Shown here piece after piece: positions 1-9,204 of a DNA stretch of 32,000 nt. Both the position numbers and the translations under genes were made by a program. The notes beneath the pieces were generated by a model. The model had not been told where the DNA came from. It saw only the letters and a program-made list of their open reading frames with translations, and did no database searches. The stretch is from Thermodesulfobacteriota bacterium (GTDB lineage Bacteria; Desulfobacterota; WTBG01; JAGOGO01). Location of the stretch: NCBI GenBank assembly GCA_026625185.1, contig CP113000.1, forward strand, positions 975,622-1,007,621, read 5' to 3'. Position 1 is the stretch's first letter, and every line of letters begins with the position of its first letter.

Positions 1-287
1 GGTTCCTATAACTATCTTTTTGGTCATAATACTAAAATTTAAATTGGGAACATTATGTTAGGTCTTTTGTGAACTTGACATCAAAATTATAAGGAATTTC
101 TGTTTTATACACTATAAAAATATCATGTCAACTTCTTTAACAAAACAACGTCCTTCCCTTTTTGGTTTGAATAACAAATTAAAAAACCCCTTAAGGATAC
201 TATCCCATGGTTCAGTGATACTTGCGCTAAATGCGAGGATAAAGGTTGAATAACGATATACCGGAAGATGATGGGAGGTGATTTTTT

Positions 288-854
288 CTAACGAAGGGTG
301 AATTCCTTTAAAATCGTATAGACTGCCCCGGTGGGTTTAAGCTCGCTCTTAAAAAAAATTACCCGCTCAACCCTGATCTCTCCGAAGTCCCGTTCTCGTT
401 CATCAAGCAGATATTTAGCCAGTTCATCCTTTCCCTTGGGAGACCTGACCCGGCCTAAGGTGAGATGGGCTGAAAATGGGCGCTTTTCTTCCTCAAAGCC
501 AAGCTTGGACATTTCTTTTTCAATTTCATTTTGTAGTTTGACAAGCTGACCGACTTGGTCTTCAATGCCGATCCAAACTACTCTTGGATTTCTGAGAGAA
601 GGAAAAGCTCCCATATTTTTTACCATCACCGGCCAGGGTTTAAATCCTTTTATCCCCTCCTGAATCCCCTGCGTAATTTCCTCCACCTTTTTTTCCTCAA
701 TATTACCCAAAAATTTTAAAGTCAGATGGATCGATTGGGGGTTCACCCACTTGACATCCGCAGATAAGGTCCTAAGCTCTTTTTGCGTTTTACCAATTCG
801 AAAAATGATTTCAGCCCTGAGTGGGATAGCGATAAAACTTCTTATGGTCGTCAT
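288..854 (-). CDS. thpR: RNA 2',3'-cyclic phosphodiesterase (2H phosphoesterase, ThpR/LigT family)
   Basis: Two H-x-T-x motifs of the 2H fold (HLTLKF and HLTLGR) at the expected spacing. The ORF track starts at a GTG (893), but MTTIRSFIAIPL from the ATG at 854 matches the usual family N-terminus. Confidence 0.8.
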   Translation of the reverse strand: MTTIRSFIAIPLRAEIIFRIGKTQKELRTLSADVKWVNPQSIHLTLKFLGNIEEKKVEEITQGIQEGIKGFKPWPVMVKNMGAFPSLRNPRVVWIGIEDQVGQLVKLQNEIEKEMSKLGFEEEKRPFSAHLTLGRVRSPKGKDELAKYLLDERERDFGEIRVERVIFFKSELKPTGAVYTILKEFTLR

Positions 855-907
855 GACAAATTTATCTGAAAAGTAAGAAATAGTAATGACCACAAAATTT
901 CAGTTAC

Positions 908-937
908 ATGATAAAACTCTCATTAATATTTTGTCAA
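908..937 (-). promoter_or_regulatory. candidate sigma-70-type promoter for thpR
   Basis: The minus strand reads TTGACA (937-932), an 18-nt spacer, then TATCAT (913-908), about 50 nt upstream of the ATG at 854. Confidence 0.35.
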
Positions 938-1472
938 ACCCTAACCCCTTATTTGACATACGCTTCATTAACCCCCTTTATCCATTTGACTTTTAAAGCC
1001 ATTTTAATATATTTAATAAGTTCTCTATGCATAGGAAACCCAGAAGTACGGTCGGATTTTCCCCTGCGGTCTCCTTCAAAAAGACCATTTTTCTGTTCTA
1101 TTGCACCCCGATCATTTATCCCGAGACCATGATTCCCGACAAATAAAAATACCTGTTAAATCTCAACCCTGCGCACCGCTGATTATAAGCTGGAGAAACC
1201 TTTTTCTTGAAGGCACGCTGAATTTGGACTCTCTGTCGCTTAGTTTTCTCTATGGCGCAGTTGTGTATCTAGCAGAGTATTTCATTTATAAGAAACTCTA
1301 ATGGAAGCTCGCAGAGGTGCTATGAACAAGCCCGTAGTCTTCACAGAGATGAAACCTATATCGAAAATTTGGATAGCCATAAGGGACTACATTCCGGCAA
1401 TCTATCTGACCTACCCTTGATGCACCCTGCGCCGACATTCAGCATGGCTTTTTGCGTATTCGGTTAGTTTTT

Positions 1473-2729
1473 CTAACTATTCTTTTTCGTAAGGATATAC
1501 CGTCTAACCTGGTTCAGGGCGACCGCGGAGGTCATCCATTTAATCTGCTGCCGGTCTCCGGGAAGATGATATTCCTTTGTTGATGTTTCTTTTCCGTCGG
1601 TGAGGGAAATAAAAACCGTGCCAACGGGCTTGTCCGGCCTGCCTCCGGCAGGACCGGCAATCCCGGTAGTGGCAAGACCGAGGGTAGTTCCGGCTGAATT
1701 TCGTATCCCTTCGGCCATAAGTTTAGCAGTAATTTCACTTACGGCGCCGTGAGTGCGGATAACTTCTTCGGGCACTTTAAGCAAATCAATTTTAGCCTGG
1801 TTGCTATACACCACGACTACTCGTTCCAAATAATCAGAGCTTCCGGGTATATTGGTGAGACGATGACCGATCAGCCCTCCGGTGCAGGATTCGGCAACAG
1901 CAATAGTAGCCCTTGCCTTTCGAAGCAGATTACCCACTACTTCCTCCATCGTGTCATCATCTGTACCGAATACGTGATGCTCAAGCCTTTCTCTTATTTT
2001 TTTTTCCCAGTACGCCAGTCTCGCGCAGGCCTCCTCGTTATCTTTTTTTTGGATAGTTATCCGAACATTGGTTTCCGGGAAAATGGGAAGAAAAGCAAGC
2101 GTGATCTCTTTTTGGTTTTCCAAAATATCTTTTAAGAGGTCATCAGCTTTTGATTCTGATATACCGAAGAGCCTCAAGGTCCGGCTCTGAAAATAGGTCT
2201 CCCTCTTCCACTCGTTTTCTAATCGCGGCATAATGGTTTCTTCGAACATTGTCTTGAGTTCGCGGGGAACGCCGGGAAAAAATGCCATAAGAGTCTTCCC
2301 CTCTTTAATCAGAAAGCCTGCCGCTGTTCCTTTTGGATTGGGAATAATCTCAGCTCCCTCCGGAAAGTATGCCTGTTTTTTCTGCCCCTCAGTCATCGGG
2401 ACATTATAAGAAACAAGTATTTTGTTTATGTGATCCAGGGTCTCAGGAGAAAAAACAAGCTTTTTTTTCAGAATATTTGTTGCCACTTCTGTGGTAATAT
2501 CATCACGGGTAGAACCCAGACCTCCGGTTATAATCACCAGGTCGGCCCTCTTTATGCTGTCCTTAAGAGCGCCGGCAATTGCCTCAACACCATCGCCTAC
2601 ACTTATCATTCTTTGAACGGATATCCCCCGGCTGAAAAGACGCTGCGCCAGATAGGGACCATTTGTGTCTACCTGTAACCCGGTGATTAATTCATTTCCG
2701 ATGGTAATGATTTCTGTCTTTACATCCAT
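1473..2729 (-). CDS. cinA: CinA family protein (MoCF-like N-domain plus nicotinamide-nucleotide amidohydrolase PncC-like C-domain)
   Basis: N-terminus EIITIGNELITG..DTNGPYLA and C-terminal AVAESCTGGLIG...TGIAGPAGG blocks are typical of full-length CinA. Length is 418 aa. Confidence 0.85.
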   Translation of the reverse strand: MDVKTEIITIGNELITGLQVDTNGPYLAQRLFSRGISVQRMISVGDGVEAIAGALKDSIKRADLVIITGGLGSTRDDITTEVATNILKKKLVFSPETLDHINKILVSYNVPMTEGQKKQAYFPEGAEIIPNPKGTAAGFLIKEGKTLMAFFPGVPRELKTMFEETIMPRLENEWKRETYFQSRTLRLFGISESKADDLLKDILENQKEITLAFLPIFPETNVRITIQKKDNEEACARLAYWEKKIRERLEHHVFGTDDDTMEEVVGNLLRKARATIAVAESCTGGLIGHRLTNIPGSSDYLERVVVVYSNQAKIDLLKVPEEVIRTHGAVSEITAKLMAEGIRNSAGTTLGLATTGIAGPAGGRPDKPVGTVFISLTDGKETSTKEYHLPGDRQQIKWMTSAVALNQVRRYILTKKNS

Positions 2730-3181
2730 TGACGTATCCCCTGAAGAATAAGGTTTGCATAAATCCCTGAGGCCACATCGTCAAGAACGATCCCCCATCC
2801 GCCGGAAAGATTGCGGTCAATCCAACCAGCAGGATATGGTTTCAGGATATCCAATAAGCGAAAGAGGAAAAATCCTATTCCCACATTGATTAAAGTAAAA
2901 GGAACCCACAGCATCGTTACCAAAAATCCGGCAATCTCATCGATCACAATAGTCCGGGTATCCTTTTGCTGAAAAATTTTTTCTGCTCCATCAGCGATCC
3001 AGGCAGAAAAAAAAATAAACGATAAAAGCGTGATAAGGTAAAGCAGAGGGGAAAATTTAGAAAAACACCAGAAAAAGCAGATTCCCACGACTGTTCCGGC
3101 AGTTCCGGGAGCCGGAGAAAAATAGCCGCTCCCAAAACCGGTACCGAGTAAAAGAAAAAAAAAGCGATTCCCCTTAAGCAT
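2720..3181 (-). CDS. pgpA: phosphatidylglycerophosphatase A
   Basis: GSGYFSPAPGTAGT, DEIAG and LDILKPYPAGWIDR...GIVLDDVASGIYA blocks. Small polytopic membrane protein. Overlaps the cinA start by 10 nt. Confidence 0.8.
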   Translation of the reverse strand: MLKGNRFFFLLLGTGFGSGYFSPAPGTAGTVVGICFFWCFSKFSPLLYLITLLSFIFFSAWIADGAEKIFQQKDTRTIVIDEIAGFLVTMLWVPFTLINVGIGFFLFRLLDILKPYPAGWIDRNLSGGWGIVLDDVASGIYANLILQGIRQWM

Positions 3182-3557
3182 TTTTCCTGATTTGTTCGAT
3201 AGTGATTTTTGATCCGGGAGAAACAGCGCGCAATGAAGTTGGTTCCCCGATTATCTTTCCAATGATATTGACTGCGCTCGCCGGCCGGATTTCTTTATCG
3301 TTACTGATTGGGGTAGGGCCATAAAAAATACAAAACGCCGGTCCGGAGGGCCAGTAACCCAAGTCTCCTGACTCGACAATCTCTCGGGCAGTTGCATCTA
3401 GCTCATGGTGAATGGGGATGGAAAAGTAGATTTCATCGCCCCACGTATTGATTTTTGTAGAAAAAGGAAGAATGTTCCAAAGCGCCTCCGCACAGGCAGT
3501 ATCTGCTAATGTTGCTTCAATTGTTGTATTTCCGACAGTTATTTTTATTCCTTTCAT
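3174..3557 (-). CDS. cyclophilin-like fold protein (TM1367-type), function unknown
   Basis: 127 aa. The pattern GNTTIEATLADT..A..L...LPF......WGDEIYF......GDLGYWPSGPAFCIFYG is what I associate with the small cyclophilin-like family. Recognised by eye only. Confidence 0.45.
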   Translation of the reverse strand: MKGIKITVGNTTIEATLADTACAEALWNILPFSTKINTWGDEIYFSIPIHHELDATAREIVESGDLGYWPSGPAFCIFYGPTPISNDKEIRPASAVNIIGKIIGEPTSLRAVSPGSKITIEQIRKNA

Positions 3558-3567
3558 AACAACTCTC

Positions 3568-4539
3568 TTAAAAAAATTTTTTTTCTTTTCTCGGTTCCCG
3601 GAGCCTTTCCAGAATTCCCGCAGCCAGAAGCGGGATCATTATTTCATGGTGTCCAACTAAATTAAATCCTTTTCCGCCTCTCCGGGTAGGGCGATCCACC
3701 ACATTAATAAGGGGACGGTAATGGCGAATAAAATCCATATTAACGGTTGTAAAATGATCGATGACATATCCTTTATTTCGAACCAGGGTAAGAGCTTTCA
3801 AAAAAATCTCCGGCAAAATAACTGCGGAACCTATATTGAGGTACACGCCTCCTTCCAGGATTGCAACCAACGCGCAGAATTGGCGAAAGTCAAGGTGGGT
3901 GGCTTCCCCCCAGGCAGAAGGATTAAAACTCGGATGAAGGTGAACAATATCCGTTCCAATAGCAACATGCACGGTTATCGGAATCCGGAGCTTTGCGCCT
4001 TGCGCTAATATGCTCGTATGCCGGTTCGGGAGTTTATCCCGCAAGATTTTCCCTCCCAAGCATTCTCCCAAGCCCCTCCCATTGTTTGTGCCTTCCACAA
4101 CTCCGTTATTGATAAACGTCGCTGTCTCTTCAGCCATCCCAAAGGTTCCCTCGTCTAACTCGGCTCCTACCTCCTCAGAGGTCTTCCCTTCGAGAGCGAC
4201 CTCCACATCATGAATCGCTCCGGCGCCATTTAAGGCGATCCCACTGATAACCCCTTCTTCCATAAGCTGAATGATAAAAGGCGCAAGACCGACTTTGATC
4301 ACATGAGCGCCCATTCCCACAAGAACGGTCTTGCCCTCTTCCTTAGCGTGAGTAGTCCTATCAATGACATCCCGAAGGTCTTGCGCGCCAAGGATTTGGG
4401 GCAGCCCGTCCAAAAATTCGGAAACCGTTGCTCCCCGAGTATATTTTCTCCCGAACTGGTTTACGCTTACTTTGCTGCTTCTCTCCTTTAAAGAAACTGT
4501 CTTGATTCCTTCCAATGACAAAGGTTTTATTTTTTCCAT
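3568..4539 (-). CDS. deoxyhypusine-synthase-like fold protein, function unknown
   Basis: 323 aa. The block VLVGMGAHVIKVGLAPFIIQLMEEGVISGIALNGAGAIHDVE parallels the DHS block (..LG.TSNLISSG.R..I..L......VLVTTAGG.EED). This is a weak call from memory. Confidence 0.3.
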   Translation of the reverse strand: MEKIKPLSLEGIKTVSLKERSSKVSVNQFGRKYTRGATVSEFLDGLPQILGAQDLRDVIDRTTHAKEEGKTVLVGMGAHVIKVGLAPFIIQLMEEGVISGIALNGAGAIHDVEVALEGKTSEEVGAELDEGTFGMAEETATFINNGVVEGTNNGRGLGECLGGKILRDKLPNRHTSILAQGAKLRIPITVHVAIGTDIVHLHPSFNPSAWGEATHLDFRQFCALVAILEGGVYLNIGSAVILPEIFLKALTLVRNKGYVIDHFTTVNMDFIRHYRPLINVVDRPTRRGGKGFNLVGHHEIMIPLLAAGILERLREPRKEKKFF

Positions 4540-5105
4540 CCCGTATGCATCCTTTTTTCCACTAGCTCACAGAAAACATGGGCGAGGGTAATGTGTGTTT
4601 CCTGAATCCGGGGGGTTGAGTCCGCATCAACATTAAAATTATAATCTGCCAGGGAAGCGACCGTACCGCCATCTTTTCCCGTAAACCCTATGGTCGTGAG
4701 TCCTAACTCCACCGAAACCTCGAAGGCCCGGATCATATTTCGTGAGTTTCCCGAGGTAGTAATTCCCCAGGCAATATCATTTTTTTTCCCCAGAGCAGCA
4801 ATCTGCCGGGAAAAAATCTCCTCGAAGTTGATATCATTGCTGATGCTGGTGAGGATAGAGGTATCCGTTGTAAGCGCTAACGCAGCAAAGGGCTCCCGAT
4901 CCAAAAGATAACGGTTTACAAATTCCGCCGCGATATGCTGAGCATCTGCCGCGCTTCCGCCGTTGCCAAAGAGCAAGATTTTTCCCCCTTCGTGAAGGGC
5001 GTTAACAATTACCCCTACCACGCGCTCAATTTTGGCGGCATTTTCTTCAGCAAACTTAAGCTTTATCTCCGCGCTTTTTTTAAATATCGAGATGATTTCT
5101 TTCAT
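4527..5105 (-). CDS. gmhA: D-sedoheptulose-7-phosphate isomerase (SIS domain)
   Basis: GNGGSAADAQHIAAEF and TTSGNSRN motifs. 192 aa, the typical GmhA size. Confidence 0.8.
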   Translation of the reverse strand: MKEIISIFKKSAEIKLKFAEENAAKIERVVGVIVNALHEGGKILLFGNGGSAADAQHIAAEFVNRYLLDREPFAALALTTDTSILTSISNDINFEEIFSRQIAALGKKNDIAWGITTSGNSRNMIRAFEVSVELGLTTIGFTGKDGGTVASLADYNFNVDADSTPRIQETHITLAHVFCELVEKRMHTGWKK

Positions 5106-5174
5106 GTGGCTTACAACCTCAGTTTCTTTGAGTTTATTACTCGAATTTGTTCTTTTGTCAACTTTTTATCATCC

Positions 5175-6128
5175 TTATCCCTCAAGTTTTTGGAGGAGCA
5201 GGTGAAAGTCTTCCGGGAGAGGAGCAAAAAATTCCACCTGTTCTTCCCTGGTCGGATGGATAAAGCCGAGGATGCTGGCATGGAGGAGTTGGCGTTTAAC
5301 CGAAGCAAGAAGCTGACGAACGTCCGGATCAGGCAAAGAAGCAATGGCTTTTCTGCCGCCATAGTCCGGATCACACAAAACCGGATGGTGGATACTTGCT
5401 AAGTGAACGCGAATCTGGTGTGTCCGGCCGGTTTCCAGCTTGATGGTAAGAAAAGTAAAAAAAGGATACCTTTTAAAAACTTCCCAGTGAGTAATCGCCA
5501 TCTTGCCTTGATGCTGTCGCACTGACATTTTTTTTGGATCTCTCGGATTCCTCCCAATGAGAGAAGAGACCGTGCCCTTATCTTCCTCCATAACACCGAC
5601 GACAAATCCTCGATACTCCTTGGTTACCGTATGCGCCTTAAATTGTGCGGCCAGGTGTTGATGGGAGTAATCGTTTTTTGCAACCACCATGACCCCGGAA
5701 GTATTTTTGTCGAGACGGTGAACAATCCCGGGCCGAAATGGGTCTCCAAAAGAAGAAAGCCCCTTACAATGATATAGAAGGCCATTTACCAAGGTGCCGG
5801 AATAATGTCCGGCCGCAGGATGAATAACGAGTCCCGCGGGTTTATTGATCACTATGACATCTGAGTCCTCATGCAAAATATTCAGAGAAATGGGTTCGGG
5901 AAAAGCCCGCAATGGCTCCGGGGGAGGAATAGAAATTTCGATTCGGTCCCCCGGTTTAATCTTTTCACCCGCCTTAGAAATGGTGTCGTTCAGTTTAACA
6001 TTTCCGCTTTCGATGAGTCTCTTGAGGTGGGAGCGAGTTAAGCTGGGATTGTGAGCGGCAAGATAGATGTCCAGGCGAATTCCCCGGTCTTCCGGGGAAA
6101 CAATATGGGTTTTCGAGGTTGATTCCAT
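5175..6128 (-). CDS. rluD: 23S rRNA pseudouridine synthase, RluA/RluD family
   Basis: N-terminal S4-like segment (RLDIYLA), catalytic HRLDKNTSGVMVVAK motif, and C-terminal GRTHQIRVH block. Confidence 0.85.
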   Translation of the reverse strand: MESTSKTHIVSPEDRGIRLDIYLAAHNPSLTRSHLKRLIESGNVKLNDTISKAGEKIKPGDRIEISIPPPEPLRAFPEPISLNILHEDSDVIVINKPAGLVIHPAAGHYSGTLVNGLLYHCKGLSSFGDPFRPGIVHRLDKNTSGVMVVAKNDYSHQHLAAQFKAHTVTKEYRGFVVGVMEEDKGTVSSLIGRNPRDPKKMSVRQHQGKMAITHWEVFKRYPFFTFLTIKLETGRTHQIRVHLASIHHPVLCDPDYGGRKAIASLPDPDVRQLLASVKRQLLHASILGFIHPTREEQVEFFAPLPEDFHLLLQKLEG

Positions 6129-6163
6129 ATGACCAGAAAAATCACTGCCAACGAGCCGGGTTT

Positions 6164-6760
6164 TTATTCAAGGAGCTCAGTGTGCCAGTACGAGAGGTCA
6201 ACCAGGTTGAGAAAAGGAAGCCATTCTTTCCGTTTCAAATTCCGCAGAGAAATTTTATAGAATGGAGTCCAGTTTGGCTTTTTCGGTCTATTCAAAAGGT
6301 TCATCCCGGCTTCGTGGGGTGTTCGCCCTCCTTTTTTGCGGTTACAGGTCGCGCAGCAACAGACAATGTTTTCCCACGTGCTCCTTCCTCCGCTGGAACG
6401 AGGAACGACATGATCCAAGCTCAGATCACTCTTGGGGAATTTTTTCCCGCAGTACTGGCAAGTGCTTTTATCCCGGGTGTAGATATTAAGCCTCGTAAAG
6501 CGGACGTGGCCGATGGGCATGCGGTTATAAGTGAGCAAAAGGATGACTCTCGGTATTCTTACCATCCGGTCTACTAATCCGATCGCCTCTTCCCGCTCTA
6601 CTACTGCCAGTTTGCTCCAGCTTTCAAAATCGAAGGTTTTAAATTGTTCATCCACCACCTGAGCAATCCCCAGATAGAGGAGACAGAAAGCTCGGCGGAC
6701 TGAGGTGATATGTAAAGGGAAAAAAGAACGGTTGAGAACTAACACATTGGCATCTATCAT
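6164..6760 (-). CDS. HNH endonuclease domain protein
   Basis: CQYCG...DHVVPRSSGG..WENIVCCCATCNRKKG, i.e. an HNH/zinc-ribbon motif. The start overlaps the selA stop by 4 nt. Confidence 0.8.
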   Translation of the reverse strand: MIDANVLVLNRSFFPLHITSVRRAFCLLYLGIAQVVDEQFKTFDFESWSKLAVVEREEAIGLVDRMVRIPRVILLLTYNRMPIGHVRFTRLNIYTRDKSTCQYCGKKFPKSDLSLDHVVPRSSGGRSTWENIVCCCATCNRKKGGRTPHEAGMNLLNRPKKPNWTPFYKISLRNLKRKEWLPFLNLVDLSYWHTELLE

Positions 6761-8169
6761 GTTACCCTCGCTAAGGCTTCACTGATTATTGGCATTTCAT
6801 GGGCAAATACAGTGCGAACATCTATCAGGAGTCTCTCCTGATTAATGCGAGCAACAATGGGAGGGTGGTGCTTTCTCAGCCGCTTATCCAGCTCGGCTAC
6901 GGAAAAAAACTTTGGGATGATAGTCACAACCCACGTAGGGAGAGCCTGAAGCGGTAAAGAGCCTCCCCCAGCCTGAGAGAAATCTTCTTCAACGCTCAGC
7001 TCATAAGCGTCTTTTGTCTTTCGTGTTATCTGTCGAAAAAGAGTCTTTGCCTTTTTTTTTAATTCCTCTTGGGTCGCGGTTAACATCTCTAAGACCGGTA
7101 TCGATTTCACCGCTTTTTCCGGGTCAAAGTACTCTCGTAACGTTACCTCCATCGCAGCCAGGGTAAATTTATCGACGCGAATTGCCCGTAGGAGAGGATT
7201 TTTTTTAATCTCATCAAGATACTTTTTCTCCCCGACAATAACCCCGGCTTGCGGCCCACCCAAGAGCTTGTCCCCACTAAAAGTAACAATATCTACTCCT
7301 GAGGAAATGGTCTCCATCACCGTAGGTTCATCCTCCAACCCATAAGGGGCCAAGTTCACAAAATTACCGCTTCCCAGGTCTTTCATTACCGGAATGTTAA
7401 ACGTACGACCTAAACGCACTAAGTCTTTTAAAAGAACCTGCTCAGTAAAACCGAGAATCCGGTAATTGCTGGTATGGGCGGTGAGAAAAAGACGGGTCTC
7501 CTGAGAAATAGCCTGCTCATAGTCGCTGAGTTTAGTCTTATTGGTAGTTCCTATTTCCTTTAACATACACCCGCTCTGACGCATAATATCCGGAAGGCGG
7601 AAAGAGCCGCCAATTTCGATCAGCTCCCCGCGGGAAACAACGACTTCATGTCCTCTGGCCAAGGTATTTAAAGCCACCAACACTGCCGCTGCATTGTTAT
7701 TGACCACCAAAGCGCTTTCAGCTCCTGAAAGTTCTTTGAGAATTTTTTCTACATGCAGGTACCGAGACCCCCGCTCCCCTTTTTCCAGCTCATACTCCAG
7801 GTTACAATAGCCTTCAGCTATCTCGCCAATATTTTTCACGGCCCGATTCAAAAGAGGCGCTCGTCCTAAATTGGTATGAATAATTATTCCGGTAGCGTTA
7901 ATAACCTTTTTAAGGTGTAACAAGGCACTATTTTTTGCCTTTTGAGCAATCTGATCAACAAGAATTTTCAGGGTAGTATCCCGGTCAGGGGAAAAAACAG
8001 TTTCTTGGGTAAGGATTTTTTTTCGGATGGTCTCCAGCTCATCCCGAATGATGGTAAGCACTAATTTTCGGGGAAAAACCGAAATCAATTCCTGAATCGA
8101 GGGCTGATTTAAAACCTCATCCACTGCCGGAATAGATCGGAGAATATTTTTTTTGGCCTGGTTTTCCAT
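6757..8169 (-). CDS. selA: L-seryl-tRNA(Sec) selenium transferase
   Basis: 470 aa. N-terminus LRSIPAVDEVL, NNNAAAVLVALNTLA, and the PLP-lysine block FSGDKLLGGPQAG. Confidence 0.9.
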   Translation of the reverse strand: MENQAKKNILRSIPAVDEVLNQPSIQELISVFPRKLVLTIIRDELETIRKKILTQETVFSPDRDTTLKILVDQIAQKAKNSALLHLKKVINATGIIIHTNLGRAPLLNRAVKNIGEIAEGYCNLEYELEKGERGSRYLHVEKILKELSGAESALVVNNNAAAVLVALNTLARGHEVVVSRGELIEIGGSFRLPDIMRQSGCMLKEIGTTNKTKLSDYEQAISQETRLFLTAHTSNYRILGFTEQVLLKDLVRLGRTFNIPVMKDLGSGNFVNLAPYGLEDEPTVMETISSGVDIVTFSGDKLLGGPQAGVIVGEKKYLDEIKKNPLLRAIRVDKFTLAAMEVTLREYFDPEKAVKSIPVLEMLTATQEELKKKAKTLFRQITRKTKDAYELSVEEDFSQAGGGSLPLQALPTWVVTIIPKFFSVAELDKRLRKHHPPIVARINQERLLIDVRTVFAHEMPIISEALARVT

Positions 8170-8218
8170 GAAATTATTGGGTAAACCCCTTTAGAAGGGT
8201 TGCACGCAGGGCATTCAT

Positions 8219-8335
8219 CCCGTTAGAAAAATTTCTACCCCGTGTCAAAACCAGTAAGAATCTTTAATGTTACCCCTGCTTCTGCACCCGGTTAGATATT
8301 TGAGTCTAATTAGGCGGCGGTAATTTTCTAACGGG
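8219..8335. repeat. inverted repeat pair in the selA / lipid-operon intergenic region
   Basis: CCCGTTAGAAAAATT (8219-8233) and AATTTTCTAACGGG (8322-8335) are reverse complements except for one A/T-run length difference. They lie about 90 nt apart. Confidence 0.5.
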
Positions 8336-8623
8336 ACAAAAGGTTTCGCCTTTTATACCACAGGTTTTTCTCAAATGCAAACCAGGCATTCAAAAAACAG
8401 GTGGTATCTTTGTAAAAACCGATAGAAAACCTTTAACGTTTCTTGTTTTTTGCAAGCGCAAGTAGTATGAAATTTTTTAAAAAAGACAAGATGTTATGCA
8501 ATGCAAAGGTAATATAAATAAATTTCTGAATGTCTTTAAGCTCCATCGAACTCAAAATGGAGGGGCAGTTCACTTGGTCTCATATAATGATGACCAAAAA
8601 GATCTGATTCGAAATTGAGAATC

Positions 8624-9202
8624 TCATATTGATTTTATATAAAATCGAGACCACAAAATAATCAATAAAATTCCTATGGTAACATAAATGATATAGAAAA
8701 TGCCCTTAGGCTTTTTAAACTTTATTTTTGACACAAAAAGAAATGCCAGAAGAACCATCGACGCCCTAGTAATCCAGACAACAATTTGCAGTCCAAGAAA
8801 AAAGTAAGAAATTAGAATTAGGGGTAGGAAAAGCGAGACAAATGTCACGGGAATACCCATGAAATATTTTTTCTCTGATGGGAGGGTGTTAAAGACTGCA
8901 AGGCGCCAGATTGCACAACTTACATAAATTAATGTTATAAGGGTATCAATTATTATATTTCCCCCCAAGTTAATAAGAATGAATACCGGGAGAATTCCAA
9001 AACTCACAACATCTATCAAACTGTCCAGTTCTTTTCCAATTGCACTGTTATGAACATTGATCTTTCGTGCAACGTATCCATCAAAAAGATCACATATGCC
9101 CGCTGCAATCAGGCATAAAATTGATAGCATCCAATCCCTATGTGCAAGTATCACCCCTAATAGTGCACAATAGAGTCCTATGAAAGAAATAATGTTTGCC
9201 AT
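8624..9202 (-). CDS. CDP-alcohol phosphatidyltransferase (PssA-like small type)
   Basis: DLFDGYVARK(x9)GKELDSLIDVVS matches the D-x2-D-G-x2-A-R...G-x3-D-x3-D signature, with a spacer one residue longer than the textbook 8. GKELDSL resembles Bacillus-type phosphatidylserine synthase. Polytopic, 192 aa. Headgroup specificity is not inferable. Confidence 0.8.
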   Translation of the reverse strand: MANIISFIGLYCALLGVILAHRDWMLSILCLIAAGICDLFDGYVARKINVHNSAIGKELDSLIDVVSFGILPVFILINLGGNIIIDTLITLIYVSCAIWRLAVFNTLPSEKKYFMGIPVTFVSLFLPLILISYFFLGLQIVVWITRASMVLLAFLFVSKIKFKKPKGIFYIIYVTIGILLIILWSRFYIKSI

Positions 9203-9204
9203 AT

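Noticed and set aside
288-893. Longer N-terminal extensions given by the ORF track for thpR (GTG at 893), the dikinase-like gene (18034), the 248-aa lipoprotein (29708) and the first ATPase (TTG at 22515).
   Set aside because: The internal ATG starts give family-typical N-termini, better SD spacing or classic stop/start coupling. The extensions would overlap neighbouring genes or add atypical leader peptides.
908-1301. Two plus-strand ORFs (74 and 66 aa) in the thpR-cinA gap.
   Set aside because: No SD, odd composition (Leu/Ser/Pro/Ile-rich) and no motif. Treated as non-coding; the gap itself is reported as a low-interest finding.
1749-2135. Plus-strand ORFs lying inside well-supported minus-strand genes. 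This one, and also 331-549, 2430-2678, 3721-4008, 4010-4213, 4935-5402, 6119-6577, 12872-13253, 15040-15240, 17999-18423, 27711-28321, 29089-29397 and 30166-30479. The analogous minus-strand ORFs inside the plus-strand BCR/HGD genes belong here too.
   Set aside because: They are antisense shadows of genes with clear family motifs. Their translations are low-complexity or Ser/Arg/Pro-rich, and they lack ribosome-binding sites or recognisable motifs.
8170-8623. Looked for tRNA-Sec (selC) or another tRNA next to selA. Also checked GGAAGCTCGCAGAGG at about 1303, which begins like some tRNA-Sec genes.
   Set aside because: No acceptor/T-arm complementarity, no GGTTCGA-type T-loop and no CCA-proximal pairing could be drawn. 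These are not tRNAs.
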